Shown: positions 41,500 through 52,762 of the stretch, one piece after another
How positions within the stretch are numbered: position 1 is the stretch's first letter
How the letters are laid out: each line of letters opens with the position of its first letter
From: Leucoraja ocellata
Lineage: Eukaryota
NCBI GenBank assembly: GCA_036785375.1
Contig: JAWMAR010000612.1
Span: 248,001 to 312,000 of the forward strand
Length of the DNA stretch: 64,000 nt
Direction of reading: 5' to 3'
Translations under genes and position numbers: made by a program
The notes under the pieces: model-generated
Databases searched by the model: none
Told to the model about the DNA's origin: nothing
What the model saw: only the letters and a program-made list of their open reading frames with translations

Positions 41500-41620
41500 G
41501 CAAAACACCAGATGTCCAGCAGTCTGAAGAAGGGTCTCGACTCGAAACGTTGCCCATTTCCTTCGCTCCATAGATGCTGCCTCATCCGCTGAGTTTCTCC
41601 AGCATTTTTGTCTACCTTGG
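41500..41620 (+). mobile_element. Penelope-derived short repeat with intact hammerhead core (41524-41551)
   Basis: CTGAAGA-a-GGGTC-tc-GACTC-GAAAC-GTT followed by gcccatttccttcgctccatagatgctgcc. Confidence 0.75.
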
Positions 41621-41944
41621 ATGTCCAGCAGGTGTCTCTGTTGTGCTGCGGAGAACAAATTTTATCTGACACTTGAGGGCTTGAGACACTTAAGACCATT
41701 TCAGCTTGTTCCACCATTCAGTGAGGTCATGGCTGAAATGTAACCCTAAAGTCACATCAAGTCGGGTTTATGCGAGAGTACGGTTCAGTACAGGCACAAT
41801 AAAAATTTGCTTTCAACAGCATCACAAGCACATAAACTCAGATAACACTCGAAGCATGAATTGTACATAACTTATACATACATCTTGCAAGTTGATAAAA
41901 AGAGTGTGCAAATAAATAAACAAGTCCATGACAATGCAATAGGT

Positions 41945-42335
41945 GAAGGGGGAGGGGATGGAGAGAGAGGAACAGCAAGGGCTACTTGAAGTTAGAAAAG
42001 CCAATGTTAATACCGCTGGGGTGCAAGCTACCCAAGCGAAATATGAGGTGCTTGCACCCCAGTGGTATGAACATTGACTTTTCTAACTTCAAGTAGCCCT
42101 TGCTTTCCCTCTATCTCCATCCCCTCCCCCTTCCCAGTTCTCCTACCAGTGTTACTGTGTCCGGCTACATTCTACCTCTGTCCCGCCCGCTCCCCTGACA
42201 TCAGTCTGAAGAAGGGTCTCGACCCGAAACGTCACCCATTCCTTCTCTCCAGAGATGCTGCCTGTCCCGCTGAGTTGCTCCAGCATTTTGTGTCTACCTT
42301 CGATTTAAACCAGCATCTGCAGTTCTTTCCTACAC
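41945..42335 (+). mobile_element. Penelope-like 3' end with inverted 5' duplication and intact hammerhead core (42206-42233)
   Basis: 84-nt inverted arms (41945-42028 and 42050-42133), then CTGAAGA-a-GGGTC-tc-GACCC-GAAAC-GTC. Confidence 0.82.
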
Positions 42336-43411
42336 ACTTCCAGTCAAGTGTTCTCTGCCTGAGAAGAGAATAGTTTTGAAAGGCGATGACTGTTGTAATG
42401 AAGCTGATTTGTACACAGCAAGCTCCCAATGGGTGGTAATGCCATGAAGACCAGGGGCATAGTGGTTGTAATAAAAGCACAAATATTTCAATCCAGTCAG
42501 AATCCTGTATCTCTGCAGTCCATGAGGTGGCGCCCACTGCCGTTGTTTGATCATCAAACATCCTGGGTTCAGTTGATCCTCGGTGCTTCACAAGCACCAG
42601 ACGTTGTTGATGTTGGTTTATTTTCAACTACTGTCGGCACCATCCCCCAGATGTTCTGACCTGCTTGCTTGACACAAAGAGGCAGCAGAACACAAACACA
42701 ACCTCTGGGAGGAATGATGTTGCCTCTACCCACCGATTTGTACAACAGGCCTGTGGGTTGAATTCCACAAACTGTGCAGATGTCACAACCTCAGTTTTTT
42801 TAAAGTGATATACAAAATGCAAATATTATTTTGTGATGTAATACTTTCACTTGGGGTTGAGGGATTACAGTAACATTAATGTAACAGCTAACACTAGGAC
42901 ACCCAGCCTTTTTCTTTTCCCCTCTGTACTTGGCTCTACTTAGACTTACGACTGTCCTGTAGTGTGTCTGTGAACAATTTGATGAGACACAACTTCTGTT
43001 GACTGACCAGTCCACCCTTCTCCACTGCAGCCCCAGTCTCGCATGACTGCCTGCTGATTGAATTGATCACTTTTCCTGACTTCAGAGTGTTTAGTTTTAA
43101 AATACGCCATTTGCCATAAACAATTGTAACTGTAGCTTCCTCTTTGACCTAACCTCTCTCTCTTTCTCTCAGTTGGGTATCTCTCTCTTCTCTTTGATAC
43201 AGTTATTAATGGCAACGTCATAATTTCTGAATTATATCTCGTGTGGCCAAACTAATTTCAATATTTACTATGGTATTACTTCACTTCAATAAAGTTTCAG
43301 AAACGAGGGACAACAATGGGTTCTATTCCAGCTGAGGAAATAAAAATACTTCCCAGCATCTGTTCTCTATTCATACACACAGCTTCAATATATGCTTGTT
43401 TGCATAACTGA

Positions 43412-43567
43412 NNNNNNNNNNNNNNNNNNNNNNNNNNNNNNNNNNNNNNNNNNNNNNNNNNNNNNNNNNNNNNNNNNNNNNNNNNNNNNNNNNNNNNNNN
43501 NNNNNNNNNNNNNNNNNNNNNNNNNNNNNNNNNNNNNNNNNNNNNNNNNNNNNNNNNNNNNNNNNNN
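43412..43567. other. Assembly gap (156 N)
   Basis: Run of N. Confidence 0.99.
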
Positions 43568-45014
43568 CAGGTGTTGCGATAGTTCAAGACAATTCTCTTA
43601 GAATAAGTCACTCCAAGGGCATCTTGGTTGGCATGGATGAGATGGACTGAAGGGCCTGTTTCCGTGCTGTATGACACTGCTACAGGGCTGGAAAGCAGCA
43701 GAATTGGATCCCGACTATACTGAGTTAGCAGGCATCAAACGGAGCAAACAAAGTTGGTCCTCAATGTGGCATGACTGCAGAGGGCGAATTATTCAACTGG
43801 ATAAGGCATTGCAGCCTTTCCCTGCAGTCGCATGTGTGGGTATGGACAACTGCAAATAAACTTCCTCTGATGCCTTTCAGAATGTCCTGAGTGCTGTTTG
43901 AATGTGGCTTTATGGTGGTGTGGAAACAAACACAGCTATCTCTCTCTTGCAAGTCTAAACTCAGCAAGTTTCCACAACCTCCATGGGAACATTCTGTTTT
44001 TAGTGGCATTAATTCAGGAACCATATTGGCCAGGATGCTTCAAAAAAGCCTCATAATGGGCTTCTAATATACAGTATTTTATTAAGTTCTTAATGATTAC
44101 AGAATTGCCAAACGGTATTTTGTCTACTGTGACCGTATTTTGAGGGGGGGGGGGGGGGAGAAGAGTGACATTGTGGAGGGAATTGTTGGCTGATAAATTC
44201 TCTGGTACAATGACTATTGGAATCTAGTCAAGAGCATTCGTATTCTTGTTAACTTTTATGTCTTCCTGTTAAAGGAACAACAATGGAATTTAGCAAGGAC
44301 AAGTTGTGGCTTGGGAGTGATTATCTGTGATTTTTCTTCTGCTGGGCTCCAGTTTCTGATGCATTTAGGCTTTGCTAAATTAAAGCCAGTTTGATACAAC
44401 ACCCAGCAAAATCGCTGTTGCACACGTCATTATTGCATCTCACTATGCCTAAGTATGATTGATGGCTTATTCATGTTACTGACTTCTGATTTCTTGCATC
44501 TCTGATTCCTGTTGCATTAAGGCTGCAAATTAGCTGCCAAACCAGTTACAGTTTGCTCTTTTTTACAAGATAAAAAAACAGATTTTTTCTTTTTATCATG
44601 TGAATCATTGGTTCTGAACATTTTATTTCAATTGGTGATTGATGTAATCACGAAGGAGTATTGTTATAAGTACAAGCCTATTTCGTGCAATTTTAAATAA
44701 CTGGTATGCACAATGTTATTTGTTCAATGGAAGCACTAGAGATTGCCAATGTTGCTATCTGGGGGGGCGGGAACAGCTGAAGGAACTCAATGGGTCCAGC
44801 AGCATCTGTGGATGCAAGGGGATGGTCAGTAGTTCCCTTTGTCTCTACGGATGTTGCCTGACCTCTCGAGTTCCTCCAGCAGTTTATTTGCTCAGTTTTT
44901 GTAAAGCCGAGCTAACAAGTCAAAATTTAATATTCATACCATATCCTTTGTTTGTTAAAACTGTTTTAGAAGCATTTGAGGTCTAGTGATTGACATTTTA
45001 TAGTTTTGAGAATT

Positions 45015-45440
45015 TAAGATCATAGGACAAGGGAGCAGAATTTGGCCATTTGGCTCATTCGATCAGGGCTGATCTATTTTTCATCTCTAACCCATTCTCC
45101 TGCCTTTTCCCCGTAAACATTGATACCCTTACTAATGAAGAACCTGCCAATCTCTGATTTTAAAAATACCCAATGACGTGGCCTCCATAGCCATCTGTGG
45201 CATTGAATTCCTGAGAGTCACCACCCTCTGGCTAAAAAAAATCCTCCTCATCTCTATTCGAAAGGTACAACCTTTTATTCAGAGGTTGAGCCGTCTGGTC
45301 CTGGACTCTCCCACAACTGGAAATATATTCTCCACATTCACTCTATCTAGTCCTTTTGTTATTCCGTAGGTTTCAATGCGATGCCTCCCCTCGTCTTATT
45401 AAACGCCAGCGAGTACATGCCCAGAACCATCAAACACTCC
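45015..45440 (-). mobile_element. CR1 LINE 3' end
   Basis: Reverse complement matches the CR1 3' end at 62545-62910 (ggagagtccag...cagagggtggtg...gatcagcc...gaatg...ttctgctcc). Confidence 0.75.
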
Positions 45441-46197
45441 TCATGCATTAACCTTTCACACTGGATGAATGAAAGTGAGCTTGTGGGATGGACAGATCCA
45501 CCTTGCACAGAACTAATGGTGCGCTGTTTCAGCACCCCAAGATGTTCCATTGTATCTCCACTGCCAGGCTTTCAAACCTTGATCTCCACAAGGGTATGGA
45601 CTATATGGCAATCTATAAATCACAGGACCAGCAATCAAACTGCTTTTTGTATTTGAATTCTTCTTCCAAGTTATTTCTCCCACTGCACTCAGCTGGCAGC
45701 ATTAGCCAACTTTTCTAAAGAGGTGAGGAAAATAATTGTTATTTCACTCTCAAATGGGCCTCTCGATGAGAGGATATCATTGATGGTGTTTTGGAGATGA
45801 CAAAAGGATACATTCCTATGCACCCCCTTCTTCCCAAAGAGGTCAGTGAGGATATAGAAATGACATGGGGAAAAAAGCCCTATTTTTAATACACTCATTG
45901 ATATGCTTGCACTTTTATCTTGTAAAAATTTCAAATTCAAACATGAAACATTTGAATTTATTTATATTGTTGCAAATTAGGTAACACTACTTTTTGAAAA
46001 TTTGGGTATGTAATTAATTCTCACAAGAAGAAAACAACTAGGTAACACTTTCAAAGGTAGACAATTCCCTATTTAATCCTGCTTAATGGATGTGCTTATG
46101 GTGATGTTACAAACTAATTCCGGGTATATAGAGCAATTTAAAATATTTCAGATGTAGTTTCCTGTGTAAATGGGACTACAGGTGAATACAGAATTGG

Positions 46198-46980
46198 CAA
46201 AGTTCAAGTTCACATTTATTGCCACGAGCACCAATTAAGGTTCAGTGGAATTTGATTTACCATGCAACCTCACAATCAAAAAGAGCACAATACACGATAG
46301 AATGTAACATGAACATCCACCACAGTGGAGTCAGCATTCTTCATTGTGGTGGAAGGCAATAACGTTCAGTCAGTCCTCCTCCTTTGTTCATCCGTGGTCG
46401 GGGCCATGAACCCTCCGCAGTTGCCGCTATGAATGGCCCGATGTACAGGCCCTCTCATCGGGATGGTCAAAGCGGACGGACGGACGGACATTCTGCGGCT
46501 TGGAGGTCCCGAATCGGCCGCTTCCTGCCGGAGACCGCAGCTTCACGATATTATAGGCTGCTGGCTGACGGTCAGAGCTCTTCTCCGGCGATCCCCGACA
46601 AGGGATCCCAGACTCAGCGAAGGAAAGTCCATGCCGCGCCCGCGGTTAGAAGCTCCGCAGACTTCGCCCGCGGCTTCAGGATGTTGTAGCCCGCGGGCCA
46701 GCGATCGGAGCACTTCTTCTGCCCTGCCCCGTGATGGAAAGTCCGCGCTGCGCCCGCTGCTGAAGCTCTGGGCATGACTGGGAGAAGCCGCACCAATCCA
46801 AGCTGTTAGGGAGGGCCAAATGCAACTAGGAGAGACATCGCATTCCACCGAGGTGAGTGACTAAAAAACGTCCCCCTTCCCCGCCCCCCACTAAAACGCA
46901 CGTTTAGACATACTAAAAACAAAAAAAAGTTGAAAGGATGAACAGCTGATGGCGAGGCTGCCGGCTCGTGGCGCCACTGG
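46198..46980 (-). mobile_element. GC-rich non-autonomous retroposon, Rex1-like tail family
   Basis: Tail aagttcaagttcacatttattg and the shared motif described for 35700-36120; CpG-rich body. Confidence 0.6.
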
Positions 46981-47244
46981 AAATACTAATTTAATCCTGA
47001 TGTCCAGAGATTCCGCAGTCATGGAATCATCAGTCTTTTCTCGCTGATGCTGCCTGCCGTGCTGAATGTTACCAGCTCTTTTCATTTGATTCAGCAACGA
47101 TAACTCAGTGTGTGTGAAAGTTGTGGGTTGAAATCTCACAGTCAGAGGAACTGCCTTTTGTGTGAACAGGTAAACTGAGGCCCCATCCTCCTTCTGATAT
47201 GGTGTCAAGTATCCAGCGCCCCATGGGGAGTTCCACCTATGGTT

Positions 47245-47450
47245 AGGGAGTTTGGATGTTTTCCCTGTGACCACGTGGGTTTTCTCCGGCTGTTCCTGTT
47301 GCCACCCACACTCCAAAGACGTACAGGTTTGTTCGTTAATTGGCTTGGTAAGTTGTAAAATTGTCCCTAGTGTGTAAGATAGTGTATGGGGTGATCACTG
47401 GTCTGGGTGGGCACAGTGGCCAAAGGGCCTGGTTCCACTCTGTATCTCTG
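47245..47450 (+). mobile_element. HE1/V-SINE-type SINE, 5'-truncated
   Basis: gtgaccacgtgggttttctccgg...ctccaaagacgtacaggtttg...gggcctggttccactctgtatctct. Confidence 0.75.
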
Positions 47451-48229
47451 AAGTCCGAAGGAAGATATTTATTCCTCGACAATAATTGAAAATGCTAAAT
47501 GATCTGGTTATTGTCACAAAAGGACACAAAGTGCTGGAGTAATTCAGAGGGTCGGGCAGCATCTCTGGAGAACATGGAAAGGTGACGTTTTAGGTTGGGG
47601 CTTTTTTTAAGAGCATTCTCCCAGACCCACTGAGTTATTACAGCACTTTGTGTCTTTTTTTTGTAAACCAGCATCTGCAGTTCCTTGTTTCTATTGGTTG
47701 TTGTTATACACTATGGGAGCTTACAGTGTGGAAACTAATGTTTGCTATATTGTAACCACATTTTATATAGTTTCATACTTCCTGTTGTGGAGAAGGAGGT
47801 TGTTCCACCACTGAGCCTACGCTGTTACTCAGCGCGATGCTATTAATCCGATACCTCCCTTTATTTCCCTCTAATATATTCTCTCAGGCGTATCCGTTAA
47901 CATCTCCGATTCTTCCACTAGCCATCTACAATTGGGATAATTTACAGTTGCTAATTAACCTTTCAACATGTCTTTGGGAAGTGGGAGAAAGCTGGAGCAC
48001 TCACCCAGCCATGGAGAGAACATATCAACTCCTCTCAGCACTTCTCAAAGGTCAGAATTGAACCTGGGTCTTTTGAGCTGTAAGAGAGCTGCACTCCATG
48101 GAATTCAACTGCTCTCTCCTTCAAAATAACGTCAGCGGCTGCAAAGTACTTTGGTGCGGAATGAGGGTGTAAAATGTTCTATGTTACATTCTCACGGTGG
48201 GACCAGATGAATGTCCGTGCCTCGTCCAT

Positions 48230-48445
48230 ACGTACACTAGTTCCATCCTACACAATTTACAGAATCCAATTAACCTAAAAACCTGCACATCTTTGGTGTG
48301 TGGGAGGAAACCGGTGCACCCGGAGAAAACCTACGCGGTCACATGGAGAAGGTACAAACTCCGTACAGACAGCACCCATAGTCAGGATCGAACCCAGGTC
48401 TCTGGTGCTGTAAGGCAGCAACTTCACCGCTGTGACACTGTGCCC
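48230..48445 (-). mobile_element. HE1/V-SINE-type SINE
   Basis: gtcaggatcgaacccaggtctctggtgctgtaaggcagcaact is the reverse tRNA-like head, followed by the central conserved region. Confidence 0.8.
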
Positions 48446-49134
48446 TCAGTTGTGTAACTCCAAATTCTCCTGCTCCACCTTTGGTTTTGAGCCCTCAGCT
48501 GCAAGGCCTTCATCTATGGAATTCTCTCCCTCTGCCTTTCTGCCTCTTCCCCTTTAAGGTGCTGCTGCAAACATCTCTCAAGAGCCAGACTGACTGGGTA
48601 AACAGCATTTGAAATGTCCTGACCTAAACGTGTTGCATCAGCACTGGTGCTGTTGAGCCACTCACTAATGCACAACATACTGTAAAATAAACAGGAGATA
48701 TAAGAGCTTTGCAAGCAATGTAAAACTTTGAGAATAACTCCCAACACAAAGATAAGCTTTGTGTTTCCATTGCAGCCTGAGCTATGATTGTGCGTGCAGT
48801 GACCTGTGTAAATCACACAATGGCTTTATCTCTTTCCCTCTGCACCTGAGACTTCACAGAAACGCTTTGTTCTCAGTAAACACTGGAGATAGCTTGGCTC
48901 CTAATCTGTGGTTTCAGGCAGCACGATTAACTCAGTTAATCTGAAAGCCACCAGGAGGGTTGTGTAGACCCGGGAAAGAGTGCGATCGAGGGAGGTCGAG
49001 CAGCCAAACACTGTACAGTGCACCTGCTTGAATTGGAGCTTCGAACTTTGACAGCTGGAAACTCATCTGCCGCCCAGTGTCCGTTTCCCCATGCATCCAT
49101 TCCTGCCCTGCCCCTTCGCCCTCATGCAATTGTC

Positions 49135-49230
49135 AGAATGTTTGAAGAAGGGTCTCGACCCGAAACGTCACCCATTCCTTCTCTCCAGAGATGCTGCCTG
49201 TCCCGCTGAGTTACTCCAGAATTTTGTGTC
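49135..49230 (+). mobile_element. Penelope-derived short repeat, hammerhead core with C to T change (49142-49169)
   Basis: TTGAAGA-a-GGGTC-tc-GACCC-GAAAC-GTC-acccattccttctctccagagatgctgcc. Confidence 0.75.
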
Positions 49231-49486
49231 AGAGTGTTTTGCTGGACAATATCAGAAACAGAGGCTGGGGAAGGCCTTTCAGCCTCTCGAGATACTTCCG
49301 CCATTCAGTGTGGTTGACGTTGGCGTAAGCTCCAGTTTCCTGCTTGCTATCCTTCACCCATGACTCCTCATTGAATACATTAAATGATTCAGCCTCCCAT
49401 GTTAGAATATTGATACATGGCCACCAGGAAGAAGTGGAAGTTGATATTGTTCTTTGAGATGTAATCAATGCCCACAGCTGGGCATT

Positions 49487-49772
49487 GGGCACCATGGTGG
49501 CGCAGAGGTCGAGTTGCTGCCTTACAGTGCCAGGGACCCGGGTTTGATCCTGTCTACCGGTGCTATCTTCTACGTTCTCCGCGTGACCATGTGGGTTTTC
49601 ACCAGGCGCTCCGGTTTCCTCCCACATTCCAAAGACGAACCCGTTTGTAGGTTAATTGGCTTCAGTAAATTGGAAATTGTTGGTAGGGTGTAGGATCATG
49701 GGATATGCGGGGTGATCGCTGGTCGATGCGGATTCGTTGGGCCGGGCCTGTATTGCCGCTGTATCTCTAAAC
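49487..49772 (+). mobile_element. HE1/V-SINE-type SINE, full length
   Basis: ggtggcgcagaggtcgagttgctgccttacag...gggtttgatcc...gtgggttttc...gctgtatctctaaac. Confidence 0.85.
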
Positions 49773-51419
49773 CTATGTCCAGCATCTGTGGTTTTTTTAC
49801 TTTCCTTTCCCAGCATTGATTAGATGGGTGGATTGGCCAGTTCCTTTATTGTATATTCAGTGCGGTGATCTAACTACTGTCCTGTTTTTGATGGTGCTGA
49901 ATATTTACAGTTAAAACTTTACTCTTAGGCATTAAGATATCAGTATCGACAAAATGCTTTGTGCCATTTCCCGAAACGGCAGCCACTGTGACTTATGGAG
50001 TATTATATTGGTGTGACGTGATTATAGCATAAATTAATTCCTTCTTGGGCCAACGTTTAGCCAAGGCAGTTTTTGAGACGGAGAAGATGGGGAGCGAAAA
50101 GGAAATAAAATATCCTGCCATGTCTGGGTTAAAAAACAAGTGAGGCTTCATGTTGAGTCTTGAAGTTTCCAGAGTGGTTCAGTAATGTGCTTATGCAAGC
50201 AGAGAGAAGCTTACCAAGCGCTCTGATCTGTTCAGCAGGCTGTGGGAATGAGCTGGGAATTTAATCAGCGATTAATTTTATCATATTGACTCTGCAGTTT
50301 GTGACAAAATGTCAACATTAGCTCTGTCAACAATGAAAGAGTTGCTATTTGCACAATCAACACAGACGCCAATAGCACAAAGAACTGGAGGTCACAGGGA
50401 GGGAGGGGGGAAAGGGGGAAGTTTTATTATTACAGGATCGCTGAACAAAAGGAATAGGATGAAGTGCGGGCAGATGGGTGTGGGCATCATTCATACTCCA
50501 TTGTATAAATGAACGGGCACTGCACACATCGTGGTTGGCATGTAATTAGGTTCTTGCTCTTGCTGTGTTTGTTTAATGGGCAGGTGGACCCTCACTGCTG
50601 TGGAAATATTGACCTACATGCTGCTATTTAGCAAGCACGGCTCCCCTTCTCTTTAAGCCGTTTCTCTGTGGCAGTGGCACATTGGGGAGCTATGGGACTG
50701 TAGATGCTTGAATGGTGGGAAGCTTCTTCTGGCGTGTGCAGTGTGCCCCTGGTCAATGAGATTGCGGTTCTCAATACCCCCTCTGAGCATTGAAGGTATC
50801 AGAGGAGGTGAGACATTTATTTATGGGCCTTTTGAAAGCATTCATGAAACATTTCCTCCTTGCACCTGAGGAGCAATCTCTTGCCATGCCAGGGCTAAGT
50901 TCATTTCTGGAGCCTGGTGGCAGGCATGTGAACACAGTGGGCAGCTGAGTACGATTAGTACCTCCGTGCTGGCGGGACTGGTCTGGGAAAGGTCGCTGAC
51001 ATTGATTACAACAACCATTGAGTGTTTGTTGGCACACACACACCACGAGGCCTCACAGCCTTGCCAATGGAACACTCGCTAATGAGAGATTAAAGGCTTT
51101 CTTATCAGTTTGCCTTTGTCCTTGCTGAAGGAGGCTGCTTTCCCAGGGCCCTGCCGTTAATATTTATTTGGGCCTGCAGCAGTTTGCTGTTGCTCAGGCG
51201 TCACCATAACTGCTCCCATTGACAGGTTGTTTGCTCACATTCCCCGTCCAAAGATTATATGTGAATGAGTACCTCGGAGTCCGAGCTTATGACATTGAAG
51301 GTGGCCGTTTGGCCCATTGAGTCTGTGCCAGTTTTCAGAGCAACTCTACCGCTGCGCCACTGTGACTGCCACCTTGACTGGAGTAGCTCAGTGGGTTCAT
51401 CTTCTGAAGATCCCCATCC

Positions 51420-51755
51420 CCCCCTCCTCCTTCTGTCTTCACAGTCTGCAACTCCTCAAACCTCTCTTATACTTATAGTTCATATTTCTGGCCTTTGTTC
51501 CAATTATCTGCCTGTCAAAACATCTCAATGCCCCTCGTCTTTTTTGACAGGCAGATGATTGGAACAATGGCCAGAGATTGCCCGCCACAGTTTGCCCCTC
51601 CTCTCCCTTTTTCCAGCTCTCTTCTCCCCCCCCCCGCCCCCTCCCCCCCACCACAGTCAGTCTGATGAACGGTCTGGATCCGAAACATTACCTATCCATG
51701 TTCTCCAGAGATGCTTCCTGACCAGCTGAGTTACTTCAGCACTTTGTGTCTTCTT
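51420..51755 (+). mobile_element. Penelope-derived 3' repeat with variant hammerhead core (51662-51689)
   Basis: CTGATGA-acggtctggatcc-GAAAC-ATT followed by acctatccatgttctccagagatgc. Confidence 0.65.
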
Positions 51756-52199
51756 TTGGAAATACATCGTGGCCTTTGTGGTTTTTTACAAATCCAGTAT
51801 TAGTGATGCATGTTGAACAGGACCCTGCAGTCTTCAACAATTGTGGCTTGCTGGAGCCATGTAAGGCTTTTTTATTATAGCCTTTGTTATCATGAAGAGA
51901 GTGTTTTGTAGCAGGCTGTTCCTGAAGAAAGCTTCCATTGGGGATGGATTGGGACAAAGATTAAACGGCCTCAGAGATCTGAACATTTCCATTCAAAGAA
52001 TAAATTACAACATGCAGTGAACCTTTGTGGCTCTGTTGCTGATTCTGAGTTGGAGGGACTGAAATAAACCACTGATTTCTTGTAAAATCAGTGATTCAAT
52101 ACACAGGCTCTCTAGCCACATATCCCAGTCGAAATCAATTTTAGCCTCCAGCACATTGGGACAGTCAATGCCGATTCGGTGGGGCAAATGGCCTGTTTC

Positions 52200-52762
52200 C
52201 GTGCTGGAGTAACTCAGTGGGACAGGCAGCATCACTGGAGGGAAGGGATGGGTGACGTTTCGGGTCGAGACCCTTCTTCAGACTTGTCAGGGGAAAGGGA
52301 AACGAGAGATATAGACAGCGATATTGAGAGAGATGGGACAAATGAATGAAAGATATGCAAAACTAATTATGATAAAGGAGACAGGCCATTGTTAGCTGTT
52401 TGCTAGGTGAGAACGGAAACCTGGTGCGACTTGGGTGGTGGAGAGAGAGGGAGTGCAGGGGTTACTTGAAGTTAATTAATCAATATTCATACTACTGGGG
52501 TGAGAGCTGCCCAAGCAAAATATGAAACGCTGTTCCTACAATTTATGATTAGCATCACTCTGACAATGGAGGAGGCCTAGGTCAGTGTGGGAATGGGAAG
52601 GGGAATTTAAGTGTTTGGCAACCGGGAGATCAGGTAAGTCCAGGCAGACTGAGCAAAGGTGTTCAGCGAAACGATCGCCCAGTCTACGTCCGGTCTCGCC
52701 GTTGTATAAGAGTCCACATCTTGAACAACGGATACAGTAGATGAGGGTGGGGGAGGTGAAAT
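52200..52762 (-). mobile_element. 5'-truncated Penelope-like element: GIY-YIG endonuclease remnant, 3' region and intact hammerhead core (52254-52281)
   Basis: LIYCIRCSRCGLLYNGETGRRLGDRFAEH is a PLE-type GIY-YIG with CxxC; downstream on the same strand is CTGAAGA-a-GGGTC-tc-GACCC-GAAAC-GTC. Confidence 0.88.

Noticed and set aside
49466-49487. Perfect 9-bp hairpin CAATGCCCA-cagc-TGGGCATTG
   Set aside because: Isolated short palindrome at a SINE junction, compatible with chance or an insertion by-product.
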